This document shows positions 8,068-16,945 of a stretch of DNA of 64,000 nucleotides, piece after piece. This DNA comes from Sulfurimonas sp. endosymbiont of Alviniconcha boucheti (lineage in GTDB: Bacteria > Campylobacterota > Campylobacteria > Campylobacterales > Sulfurimonadaceae). Below the pieces are notes generated by a model, which did not search any database, was not told the origin of the DNA, and saw only the letters and a list, made by a program, of their open reading frames with translations. The stretch spans positions 150,352 through 214,351 of the forward strand of contig JAICBP010000084.1 of assembly GCA_021766785.1 (NCBI GenBank), written 5' to 3'. Every line of letters begins with the position of its first letter. Within the stretch, counting starts at the first letter, position 1. The position numbers and the translations under genes are program-made.

Positions 8068-8681
8068 TGTTTACCTCCATTATCTTTACATCCTACAACT
8101 TTTACAAAGTTTTTAACAAGCATTAAATCCTTTTTTCCATCTTCTGAATATTGTGCTGGACCAGAATACTCTGTCGATGTTAAATCAAAAACACCATTAT
8201 GGTTAAATGTCCAAAGAATATCATTTGAATCGAGTATTCCATTTACATCTGTACCAGGATTGACCTGCATCTGTGTTACGAGTGAACCATCTTGACGAAA
8301 AAGTCCAAAGCCATAGACAAGATCTTCACTATGCACATCAAACTCTACTGTCTGCTCACACTGAATTACAACTTGCTTTGGTAAACCTATCCATTTATGA
8401 TCTTTAATCTTAAATTCATATTTTGCATCAGGTGTAATATTGTGTCTATCAATATCCTGCGATACCCATGGAATAGTGTTGTATGTAAAGATGTGATGCC
8501 CTACACCACCTGCAACTAAAAATGCCATATACCAGTAAAATGGTATACGAAAAACCGACTTCCTATCCTCTCTAGTGAGGTTATAACCAAACCAAGCAAT
8601 AACTGAAAGTATCATTGCTGAGTATATAGTATAAGCTACCCAGTGAAAAGACAATAACTCAAGTGAGTTTGTAAATGCCAT
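8064..8681 (-). CDS. oxidase subunit II-like protein (two N-terminal TM helices plus a cupredoxin-like domain) lacking CuA and heme c motifs
   Basis: 205 aa. ATGA overlap with subunit I. No CxExCxxxH (CuA) and no CxxCH motif. AGGAG lies 8 nt upstream of the ATG. Confidence 0.7.
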   Translation of the reverse strand: MAFTNSLELLSFHWVAYTIYSAMILSVIAWFGYNLTREDRKSVFRIPFYWYMAFLVAGGVGHHIFTYNTIPWVSQDIDRHNITPDAKYEFKIKDHKWIGLPKQVVIQCEQTVEFDVHSEDLVYGFGLFRQDGSLVTQMQVNPGTDVNGILDSNDILWTFNHNGVFDLTSTEYSGPAQYSEDGKKDLMLVKNFVKVVGCKDNGGKQ

Positions 8682-8748
8682 TTATTTATCTCCTTATTTT
8701 CTATTCAAACTAAGGTAACATTTTACACAAAACACAAAGTGCATTTAA

Positions 8749-8762
8749 TTGATATATATCAA
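8749..8762. promoter_or_regulatory. Crp/Fnr-type box TTGATATATATCAA upstream of the oxidase operon (minus strand)
   Basis: Perfect TTGAT-N4-ATCAA palindrome. On the minus strand TAAAAT (8725-8720), preceded by TGTG, lies about 30 nt from the box centre (class II geometry). The start codon is at 8681. Confidence 0.7.
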
Positions 8763-8879
8763 GAGATATATTTTTTAAACAGTTATTATGTCTATTTATT
8801 AATCATTTATAATATATTACTGCCTATTAAATAGTCATTATAGATAAAAGAGCTCCAAATATCTCTTTTATTAGAATAA

Positions 8880-8893
8880 TTGATATATATCAA
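8880..8893. promoter_or_regulatory. Crp/Fnr-type box TTGATATATATCAA upstream of the norCB-nirS operon
   Basis: Identical 17-nt copy (aattgatatatatcaa plus flank) of the 8749 box. TAAAAT at 8916-8921 is at class II distance. First ORF starts at 8961. Confidence 0.7.
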
Positions 8894-8960
8894 CCTCCTA
8901 ACATTTAAAAGATAATAAAATGCCAATAGTCCAAAAAATTTTATCAATTAGGATGTAGAG

Positions 8961-9293
8961 ATGCTAAATCCAGCAATAATTCGACCAGAGATAGCTTTAA
9001 ATGATTTTTTACCTATCTTTGTTTCATCCTCTTTAGTATTAGTTTTTGGAGGAATTTATGTCGGCATATATACAGCAGTGAAAGTCAAATATCTAAAACC
9101 ATGGGTTATGGTTATAGCTTATGCGTTTTGGACATTAACTAGCTACTGTCTCTATGTCATGGGAAGCTTGATGCATGTAGGATCATTTACTGCGAAGGCT
9201 TTAGTAGTAGCAGCAATAGGACTTTTTTTACTCCCTTTTGCTGTTTACTATATGGAAGATAATGTTCATAAAAGCAATGAACATAAAACATAA
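8961..9293 (+). CDS. hypothetical 3-TM membrane protein, first gene of the nor-nir operon
   Basis: 110 aa, hydrophobic. Stops 10 nt before norC. Confidence 0.55.
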   Translation: MLNPAIIRPEIALNDFLPIFVSSSLVLVFGGIYVGIYTAVKVKYLKPWVMVIAYAFWTLTSYCLYVMGSLMHVGSFTAKALVVAAIGLFLLPFAVYYMEDNVHKSNEHKT

Positions 9294-9303
9294 GGAGAAG
9301 AGA

Positions 9304-9957
9304 ATGGCAAATAAATCTGTTTGGAGTGATAACCGTTTCTGGCAACGTTCAGCAACATGGATCACAGGATTTGCTTCAATACTACTTATTTGGCTAACAT
9401 TTGACACATCAGCACAAATTTCAATGGGTACTGATGAGGATATACAAAATGGGGTCAAAAAGAAAGTTCCAGGAGCAACAGTAATCAACTATAGGATAAC
9501 ATACGAAATGGATGCGAAACGTGGTCATGAAGTCCCTGTAATTGGTGGAAAAGAGAAATTTTTTGGTCGTGATGATTGGAGTGAAGAGGAGGCAGCAGCA
9601 ATGCTTCACTTAGGGAAACTTGGATCACAGGCGAAAAACTGTATGGATTGTCATACTCTACTTGGAAATGGTGCATACTATGCACCTGATTTAACGAAAG
9701 CATGGCTAGATCCAGCATGGGGTCCAGATGGATCAATGCAGGCAATGACAGGGAAGTCAACAAAAGAAGAAGCTATTGCAGAGTTTTTACAACACCCTGA
9801 TCAATATCCAACACATGCTCGTATGATGCCAAATTTAAATATTACAGAGAAAGAAGCTATCGGACTTGTAGCGTTCTTAAAACATATGTCTTCTATTGAC
9901 ACAAATGGTTTTCCAAGAAACTTTGGAAAGATAAAAGGAGCAATCAATGGCAAATAA
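9304..9957 (+). CDS. norC: nitric oxide reductase cytochrome c subunit
   Basis: ATG at 9304 follows AAGGAG. N-terminal TM anchor, one CxxCH (CMDCH). Overlaps norB. Confidence 0.9.
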   Translation: MANKSVWSDNRFWQRSATWITGFASILLIWLTFDTSAQISMGTDEDIQNGVKKKVPGATVINYRITYEMDAKRGHEVPVIGGKEKFFGRDDWSEEEAAAMLHLGKLGSQAKNCMDCHTLLGNGAYYAPDLTKAWLDPAWGPDGSMQAMTGKSTKEEAIAEFLQHPDQYPTHARMMPNLNITEKEAIGLVAFLKHMSSIDTNGFPRNFGKIKGAINGK

Positions 9958-11371
9958 TCATTTAACTTCAGAATCAAAGCAGTTAGCAACTTGGTACTTA
10001 ACGTTTGCTGCTATCTTATTTGGTGCTCAGCTACTTTTTGGTCTAGTTGCAGCTATTCAGTATATTGTACCTGGTTTTTTGTACGGTATCCTTGATTTTT
10101 CAATAGCAAGAATACTCCACATTAATGCACTCGTTGTCTGGATGGTTTTTGCTATGTTTGGTTCTGTTTACTGGTTACTTCCAGATGAGACAGGAATTGA
10201 GACTATTGGAATAAAAGCAGGAAAGCTTGTATATTGGATTTTTGTAGCTGCTATTGTAGTAGTTGTTTTAGTCTATCTCTTTATTCAAATTGGGCCTGCA
10301 TCTGATGCGACTATTTGGTTTATTACAGAGGGGCGTGAATATATAGAAGCACCACGCTGGGCAGATCTTGGTATTGTTGTTGTTGCACTTACATTTGTAG
10401 CAAATCTTTTCCTAACGGGAATAAAAGGTAAACAAACAGGTATTGTTACGGTTCTTATGGCAGACATGATTGCCTTTGCTGGTCTCTATTTAGCAGGTAT
10501 GTTCTTTACAGATAACATCTCAGTAGATCAATACTGGTGGTGGTGGGTTATTCACCTCTGGGTTGAAGCAACTTGGGAAGTTTTTGTTGGTGCTATTGCT
10601 GCTTATGGTTTGATTACTATGATTGGTGCTCATCGTAAAGTTGTTGAGATGTGGTTATGGATCGAAGTTGCTATGCTCTTTGGATCAGGAATTCTTGGTC
10701 TTGGTCACCACTACTTCTGGATCGGAACACCTGAGTACTGGTGGGAAATTGGGGCACTCTTTTCAGCATTAGAACCACTACCACTTGTAGCAATGTTCGT
10801 GCATGTTCTTTATGACTGGGGTAAAACTCAAGGTGCACAAGATGCAAATGGTGATAAAAATTCAGTTATCACAAATAAGCCTGCATTTACATGGTTTGTA
10901 CTTAATGCATTTGGTAACTTTTTAGGTGCTGGTATATGGGGATTTTTCCATACACTACCACAAGTAAACCTCTATACTCACGGGACACAATTTACATCAG
11001 CACATGGACACCTAGCATTCTTTGGTGCTTATGCAACTATTCTCGTTGGTGTTATGTATCTTGCCGTTCAAGGTAAAAATGGTATTAAGGTGATGAAAAA
11101 TACTAAAACATCTATTTGGGCTGTAAGTATGATAAGTGGTGGTGTTATGGGGATGACAGTCTCCTTAACTATTGCTGGATATGTACAAGTACTTGTTTCT
11201 CGTGCACAGATGGGAGCAACTTGGGCTGGATACTTTGATGGTCAAAATGGTTTATGGTTCACACAGGCTATGGATTGGAGACTTATTTTAGGTATTGTTA
11301 CATTTATAGGATTTCTTTTACTTGCAAAAGATTTACTTACAACTGGAAAAGATCCAGTTCATGAAAGATAA
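9947..11371 (+). CDS. norB: nitric oxide reductase large subunit (cNOR)
   Basis: 474 aa, 12 TM. Motifs WWWWVIHLWVEATWE, GHHYFWIG and SAHGHLAFFG are typical of NorB. Confidence 0.95.
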   Translation: MANNHLTSESKQLATWYLTFAAILFGAQLLFGLVAAIQYIVPGFLYGILDFSIARILHINALVVWMVFAMFGSVYWLLPDETGIETIGIKAGKLVYWIFVAAIVVVVLVYLFIQIGPASDATIWFITEGREYIEAPRWADLGIVVVALTFVANLFLTGIKGKQTGIVTVLMADMIAFAGLYLAGMFFTDNISVDQYWWWWVIHLWVEATWEVFVGAIAAYGLITMIGAHRKVVEMWLWIEVAMLFGSGILGLGHHYFWIGTPEYWWEIGALFSALEPLPLVAMFVHVLYDWGKTQGAQDANGDKNSVITNKPAFTWFVLNAFGNFLGAGIWGFFHTLPQVNLYTHGTQFTSAHGHLAFFGAYATILVGVMYLAVQGKNGIKVMKNTKTSIWAVSMISGGVMGMTVSLTIAGYVQVLVSRAQMGATWAGYFDGQNGLWFTQAMDWRLILGIVTFIGFLLLAKDLLTTGKDPVHER

Positions 11372-11380
11372 GGAGAGAGA

Positions 11381-11533
11381 ATGTTTGAACCATTTACAGA
11401 TATGGTACCTAGTTTTTTTGGTTGGCTCAATCAAGGGCCTTTAACATTAACAATTTTTCTACATACTGTTATTATACTTCCAATGTTTTGGATCTATGCT
11501 CAGGAGAAAAAACGTTTAGAAAATGAAAAATAA
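11381..11533 (+). CDS. 50-aa membrane peptide between norB and nirS
   Basis: ATG follows AAGGAGAG. MFEPFTDMVPSFFGWLNQGPLTLTIFLHTVIILPMFWIYAQEKKRLENEK, one TM helix. Below the ORF-track size cutoff. Confidence 0.45.
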   Translation: MFEPFTDMVPSFFGWLNQGPLTLTIFLHTVIILPMFWIYAQEKKRLENEK

Positions 11534-11550
11534 AAATAAAGGATAATAAA

Positions 11551-13188
11551 ATGAAATTAAATAAATTCATTCTATTTACGGCTTCACTTGCGTTAATAAG
11601 TTCTAGCTCATTTGCTGAAACTTCACATATGAATGTTGAAAAGATGTTCGAAAAAGAGTGTCAAGGATGTCATGGACCTAACCACGAAGGTGGTGTAGGT
11701 GCTGATTTACGTCCTGCACAGCTTGAGAAAAAAAATACCTACACACTAGTTGAGACTATTTTAAATGGTCGACCAGGCACAGCAATGCCTCCATTCACTG
11801 AAAAAATGAATAGAGCTGATGCCCAAAAGATGATTGATTATTTACAACATTTTAAAGGTAAAAAGATCGAAGTTCTTACTTTAGATGCTGTAAAAGCAGG
11901 ATGGAAACAACTTCATGACAGAGTAGCATTAATGAAGAAGTATCCTCATGCTGTAGATGTTAAAAAAGTTACAGACATCTGTTTTGTAACTGAGCGTGAC
12001 GCTGAACGTGTAACTTTTGTAGATGGTACATCAGGAAAAATTCTTTCACGCCATCCTGCAGGTTTTGCTGTGCATGTTACAGTAACAAATAAACGCCAGC
12101 CACGTTATGCTTACTCTATATCTCGTTCTGGTCTAGTAACTATGTTTGACCTCGCTTCAAAAGGTCAGCAAAAAATTGCAGAGATCCAAGTTGGATCTGA
12201 TTCTCGTGGTTTAGCAGTTTCACCAGATGGTAAATACCTAATGGCAGGAAACTATGTACCAGGTGGTGCAATTTTAATGGATGCAATGACACTCAAGCCA
12301 CTTAAAGTATATCCAACATCAAGTGTTATTGATATGAATGGAAATATTGGTTCTTCTCGTGTAGCAGGTGTCTATGATACACCATATGGTCCATATATTG
12401 CTTTTGCGCTTAAAGATGCTGGACATGTTTATATCGTGGATTACTCAAAAGAGAACTATCCTATCGTTGGTGATATTCCAAATATAGGTAAGATTCTTCA
12501 TGATGGTTTTGAAAACGAAGGTAAAGAGATAGGTCGTTACCTCATGCAAGCATCACAAGGTAGTGATGTAATGGGTGTAGTTGACTTTAAAACAAAATCT
12601 TTAGTTGCCAAAGTATATACTGGTCCTGGGAGTAAACCGCATCCTGGTCAAGGTTCTTCTTGGTATAACGAAAGATATGGTCAACTCTATGCTACAAATA
12701 GCATGAATGTTGGAGATTGTGTTATCTGGGATAGTCACTGGGATGTTGTTGCACATATAAGAACTGCAGGTGGTGGTCTTTTTGTGGGAACAAGTGAGCA
12801 TACACCATTTATCTGGTCTGATAATGTTCTTGGTGGTCCAAAAAACTGGAATAAGATTACACTTATAAACAAGCAAACTTTAGAAGTTGATAGGATTCTT
12901 GAAGTTGGGGCGAAAGAGGGTACTATCACTGACCCTGTAACACATAAAGTTCTTTATAGATGGAAAGTTCCTACTGTAAAAGATAAAAAAGGAAGAGCTA
13001 TTGTTCCTAGGATCTTACATGCTGAACCTGCCAATCATGGTAAATGGACAATGGTTTCAGAGTGGAATACTGGTCGTATCGGTATTTATGAAGCCAAAAC
13101 TGGTAAATTTGTTAAATATATCAAAGGTTTAACAACACCTACTTTTACCTACTCTATTGAGCATCGCCAATCAATTCCAGGTGCTTAA
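11551..13188 (+). CDS. nirS: cytochrome cd1 nitrite reductase
   Basis: Signal peptide, heme c site CQGCHG, and a long d1 beta-propeller domain. 545 aa. Confidence 0.93.
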   Translation: MKLNKFILFTASLALISSSSFAETSHMNVEKMFEKECQGCHGPNHEGGVGADLRPAQLEKKNTYTLVETILNGRPGTAMPPFTEKMNRADAQKMIDYLQHFKGKKIEVLTLDAVKAGWKQLHDRVALMKKYPHAVDVKKVTDICFVTERDAERVTFVDGTSGKILSRHPAGFAVHVTVTNKRQPRYAYSISRSGLVTMFDLASKGQQKIAEIQVGSDSRGLAVSPDGKYLMAGNYVPGGAILMDAMTLKPLKVYPTSSVIDMNGNIGSSRVAGVYDTPYGPYIAFALKDAGHVYIVDYSKENYPIVGDIPNIGKILHDGFENEGKEIGRYLMQASQGSDVMGVVDFKTKSLVAKVYTGPGSKPHPGQGSSWYNERYGQLYATNSMNVGDCVIWDSHWDVVAHIRTAGGGLFVGTSEHTPFIWSDNVLGGPKNWNKITLINKQTLEVDRILEVGAKEGTITDPVTHKVLYRWKVPTVKDKKGRAIVPRILHAEPANHGKWTMVSEWNTGRIGIYEAKTGKFVKYIKGLTTPTFTYSIEHRQSIPGA

Positions 13189-13199
13189 TCTTTTCTAAA

Positions 13200-13232
13200 T
13201 TTCTCTCCTTTTGGAGAGAAACTCTTTTTTTT
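13200..13232 (+). terminator. rho-independent terminator after nirS
   Basis: 9-bp stem tttctctcc/ggagagaaa with a tttt loop, followed by a T8 run. Confidence 0.8.
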
Positions 13233-13240
13233 CTCTTAAA

Positions 13241-13254
13241 TTGACATAAATCAA
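13241..13254. promoter_or_regulatory. Crp/Fnr-type box TTGACATAAATCAA upstream of the heme d1 operon
   Basis: One mismatch to TTGAT-N4-ATCAA. A perfect TATAAT at 13277-13282 is at class II distance. The predicted TSS near 13289 lies downstream of the first in-frame ATG (13281). Confidence 0.7.
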
Positions 13255-13319
13255 GCTCTTTTTCATTAATACTTCTTATAATGAACCTACAATATATTTT
13301 ACTCAAAAAGAGATTTTGG

Positions 13320-13628
13320 ATGAAACACTTTTTTCTATTCCTACTACTAACATCTTCTCTACTTCAAGCAGGAGAGTCAGATGGCAAAACAACCTTTGAA
13401 ACATACTGCTGGGGTTGCCATCATCAAACAGCTATGGCGTTTGGACCCCCTTTTACACGGATAGCACAAAAAAGAACTAAAGAGGAGATCATTGCCTATA
13501 TTATCTCTCCTAAATCCATGTATAAAAAGTTTGGCTATAAACGTAGTGTAATGACACAGTTTCACCTCTCTAACAAAGAGTTAGAAACTATAAGTGACTA
13601 TATTCTTTCATATAAAGGAAAAAAATAA
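13320..13628 (+). CDS. monoheme c-type cytochrome (NirC/c55X-like)
   Basis: Start moved to MKHFFLFLLLTSSLLQA (signal peptide), consistent with the predicted TSS. CWGCHH heme site. TAATG overlap with nirJ. Confidence 0.8.
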   Translation: MKHFFLFLLLTSSLLQAGESDGKTTFETYCWGCHHQTAMAFGPPFTRIAQKRTKEEIIAYIISPKSMYKKFGYKRSVMTQFHLSNKELETISDYILSYKGKK

Positions 13629-14752
13629 TGTTTAGACTTTCAAATCTTATCTCCTCTGTAGTTGAAGATAAAAAGGAGAGAGTTTTAGATGGTAGTATAG
13701 CTATCTGGAATTTTACAAACAGATGTAATCTCTCATGTTTGCACTGTTATTCAAAATCAACTCTTGATGAAATAGATACACTTACAACTCCTCAGATTAA
13801 AAAGACAATCTTAGAGATGAAAGCTACTGGTGTGAAGTTTATTATCTTTTCAGGAGGTGAACCACTCACAAGAGAAGATCTTTTTGAAATAGCTGATTTT
13901 TGTAAAAAAAACTCTATCATCACATATCTTTCTAGTAATGGACTCTACTTTACAAAAGGTAATGTACAAAAAATCGTAAACGCCTTTAACTATGTTGGCA
14001 TCAGTATAGATGGGGATGAGCCTACACATGACTACTTCCGTGGACTCAAAGGTGCTTTTAAAGAGACACTCAAAGCTGTAAAAATTGCAAACGCCACAGG
14101 TGCAAAAGTGGGTATTCGTTTTACTATAACAAAAGATACTATCAACTCTTTAGAGTATATCTTTGACTTAGCTGAAAAAGAAAATATTCCAAAAATCTAT
14201 ATCTCACATCTTGTTTACTCAGGGCGTGGCTTAGATAATCTCAACATGGACTTAACAAAAGAGCAGAGACGTAAGGCAGTAGTATTTATTTTAAATAAAG
14301 CCTTTGAGTATTATGAAACAGGAAAAGAGATCGAGATAGTAACGGGAAATATGGAGATGGATGCTGTTATTTTTTACAATATGTTTATCTCAAAATATCC
14401 ACAACTTAAAGAAAAAATAAGAGAAAGACTTGTAAAATGGGGTGGTAATTCAGCTGGAAGAAAACTCCTTAATATCAACAGTGAAGGTGATGTACGACCA
14501 GATCCATTCTTCCCTCTTATAGTGGGAAATATAATAAAGCAAGACTTTAGAGATATTTGGCAGAGTAGTGAACTTTTAGATAAACTTCGCATACATCCAA
14601 GAACACAGATACATGGTATCTGTACCAGATGTAAACAGCTAGACATTTGTAATGGCGGAAGCCGTGCTCGTGCTTATGCAGTAAGCGGTGATATATGGGC
14701 AGAAGATCCATCATGTTACCTAACAAAACAAGAAAGAGAGAGCGTGTCATGA
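13628..14752 (+). CDS. nirJ: radical SAM heme d1 biosynthesis protein
   Basis: CNLSCLHCY radical-SAM motif and a C-terminal Cys-rich SPASM-like region. Located in the nirS/nirF/nirE context. Confidence 0.88.
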   Translation: MFRLSNLISSVVEDKKERVLDGSIAIWNFTNRCNLSCLHCYSKSTLDEIDTLTTPQIKKTILEMKATGVKFIIFSGGEPLTREDLFEIADFCKKNSIITYLSSNGLYFTKGNVQKIVNAFNYVGISIDGDEPTHDYFRGLKGAFKETLKAVKIANATGAKVGIRFTITKDTINSLEYIFDLAEKENIPKIYISHLVYSGRGLDNLNMDLTKEQRRKAVVFILNKAFEYYETGKEIEIVTGNMEMDAVIFYNMFISKYPQLKEKIRERLVKWGGNSAGRKLLNINSEGDVRPDPFFPLIVGNIIKQDFRDIWQSSELLDKLRIHPRTQIHGICTRCKQLDICNGGSRARAYAVSGDIWAEDPSCYLTKQERESVS

Positions 14753-15849
14753 AACTTCAAAAACTATTTTTAGGACTCTTTATATCCTCTACACTTTACA
14801 CCATATTGCCAGCAAACGAGAAAATCTTTGTAATTGAACGCGAAAGTAGTTCTGTAGCAGTCATAGAAGATGGTTTACCAAGAAATCATATGAAAAATAT
14901 GCACAATATGAACCATGGGATCATTAAGTTTTATGGCAACGATGGCTATCTTATCAGTCGAGATGGTTATGTAGTCAAGTTTGATCCAAAAAAAGAGAAA
15001 AAACTTGCAGAGTATAAAACTTCTAAAAGTGCAATAGGTTTTGTTATCAATGAAAACTATGTAGCTGTTGCTAACTACGATGACAAAAGTGTAGATATTC
15101 TCTCAAGAGATTTAAAACCTATAGAGAAGATAAAAACTGGTTCCCGTAATGTCGGTATAAAAGTTTACAAGGATTATCTAGTATTTGCAAAGATGGACAG
15201 TGATGCCATAGCTGTTTATAAAAACATTCATCCTAAAACAAAAAAACCGAAATTTGTACTACAAAAAGAGTTTAAAGATGTCGGTATTATGCCTTTTGAT
15301 GCGATGATTAAAGGAGATAAGCTTATTGTTGGTTTCTTTAAAAGTCCATGGTTTGGTGTTGTGGATTTAAGCACACTCAAATATAAAAAGATTCAACTTA
15401 CACTTGCTGATAGAAAACCTGTACTAAAGGTTCCTCACTTTGGTTTTTGGAGTATTAGTAATTCTCAGATTTTCATTCCTGCTGTTGGAGACAATAAAGT
15501 ACTTGTTTACACACCAGACTTTAAGTTTAAAACAGCTATAAAAACAGAAGGTCTTCCCGTATTTACATCTCTTTCTCCTGACAAAAAATACCTTGCAGTC
15601 ACATTTAGTGGGAAAAAGTTTCCAGTAATACAGATTGTAGATACTAAAACACTCAAGATTATTAAACGATTTCAGTTTAATGGCAAAGTCTTGCATCTTC
15701 GTTGGTCCACACAAAGACCTAGTTTGCTAATCTCTGTAAATGATGCAAATAAGGTGGTCATTATAGACACAAAAGGATGGTGGTTAAAACGCGAAATTTT
15801 TACTATTAAAAAACCTTCTGGTATCTTTATTTATAAAGAGGAAAAATAA
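14749..15849 (+). CDS. nirF: NirF-like d1-type beta-propeller protein (no heme c motif)
   Basis: ATGA overlap with nirJ at 14749. Signal peptide MKLQKLFLGLFISS. cd1-like propeller without CxxCH. Confidence 0.75.
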   Translation: MKLQKLFLGLFISSTLYTILPANEKIFVIERESSSVAVIEDGLPRNHMKNMHNMNHGIIKFYGNDGYLISRDGYVVKFDPKKEKKLAEYKTSKSAIGFVINENYVAVANYDDKSVDILSRDLKPIEKIKTGSRNVGIKVYKDYLVFAKMDSDAIAVYKNIHPKTKKPKFVLQKEFKDVGIMPFDAMIKGDKLIVGFFKSPWFGVVDLSTLKYKKIQLTLADRKPVLKVPHFGFWSISNSQIFIPAVGDNKVLVYTPDFKFKTAIKTEGLPVFTSLSPDKKYLAVTFSGKKFPVIQIVDTKTLKIIKRFQFNGKVLHLRWSTQRPSLLISVNDANKVVIIDTKGWWLKREIFTIKKPSGIFIYKEEK

Positions 15850-16589
15850 TGAGCAGAGTTTACCTAACGGGTGCAGGACCAGGTGACATAGAACTTCTTA
15901 CTATGAAAGCACATCGTGTAATCACTGAAGCAGATATTATCATTTATGATCGTTTAGCAAATCCTGAGATCCTTGATATGGCAAAAGATGGCTGTGAGTT
16001 TCTCTATGTAGGTAAAGAGGATGGCAGACATACGCTCCCTCAAGATGAGATAAATGAAATTATTTATCAAAATGCTCTTAAATATAAAGTTATTGTTCGC
16101 TTAAAAGGTGGAGATCCCTTTGTCTTTGGTCGTGGAGGTGAGGAGGGAGCTTATCTCCACCAGCATGGTATAAACTATGAAATTATTCCAGGAATCACTT
16201 CTGCTATAAGTGTTCCTGCTTATGCTGGAATACCTGTAACACATAGAGGTATTGCTGTAAGTTTTCGAGTGGTAACTGGGCATGAGTCACCACACAAAAA
16301 AGAGTCACAGATTCCTTGGAAAAACTTCAAAACTGATGATACAATCATCTTCTTAATGGGTTTACACAATCTTCATAAAATCTCTACAAAACTTATAGAG
16401 ATAGGAAAACCTAGTGATTACCCTTGTGCTGTTATTTCAAAAGGAACAACCAAAGAACAAAAAGTTGTTATAGGTACACTAACAGACATTGTACAAAAAG
16501 CATCAGATATTCAAACGCCAGCACTTATAGTTGTTGGTAAAGTCGTTCTCCTAAGAGATCAGCTTCAATGGTTTGAAAATAGACTCTAA
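15849..16589 (+). CDS. nirE: uroporphyrinogen-III C-methyltransferase (NirE/CobA type)
   Basis: VYLTGAGPGD...LKGGDPFVFGRGGEE...IPGITS motifs of SUMT. Confidence 0.9.
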   Translation: MSRVYLTGAGPGDIELLTMKAHRVITEADIIIYDRLANPEILDMAKDGCEFLYVGKEDGRHTLPQDEINEIIYQNALKYKVIVRLKGGDPFVFGRGGEEGAYLHQHGINYEIIPGITSAISVPAYAGIPVTHRGIAVSFRVVTGHESPHKKESQIPWKNFKTDDTIIFLMGLHNLHKISTKLIEIGKPSDYPCAVISKGTTKEQKVVIGTLTDIVQKASDIQTPALIVVGKVVLLRDQLQWFENRL

Positions 16590-16617
16590 ATTAAATCTAA
16601 AATAAAAAGGATAAAAA

Positions 16618-16941
16618 ATGAAAAATCTTACTTCAAAAGCTTTAATAGCATTTACAACACTACTTATAATGAGTGCTTGCTCTATGACCAAGGCATCACC
16701 AGAGGATTATAGGAAAATAACAAAAGAGAACTTTACTCTCAAAAAAATAAACGCACTCATTACAGAGACTGCTGAACAAAATGGGTGGAGAATTACTCCA
16801 TTTAAATACAATAAACTTATTGCAGAGAAAGTTGGTGATTCCTCTGTTACAACAGTTACTATAACCTTTACTACAGACTCTTTTAAACTCTCCCCAGCAA
16901 ATAGTGACTTAGAAGATATCTTAAGAGAAGCACTAAACTAA
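16618..16941 (+). CDS. small lipoprotein of unknown function
   Basis: Lipobox LIMSAC. 107 aa. Embedded in the d1 operon. Confidence 0.6.
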   Translation: MKNLTSKALIAFTTLLIMSACSMTKASPEDYRKITKENFTLKKINALITETAEQNGWRITPFKYNKLIAEKVGDSSVTTVTITFTTDSFKLSPANSDLEDILREALN

Positions 16942-16945
16942 TATA

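Noticed and set aside
9228-9989. Several 62-92-aa minus-strand ORFs across norC
   Set aside because: They overlap the well-supported norC on the opposite strand and have no independent support.
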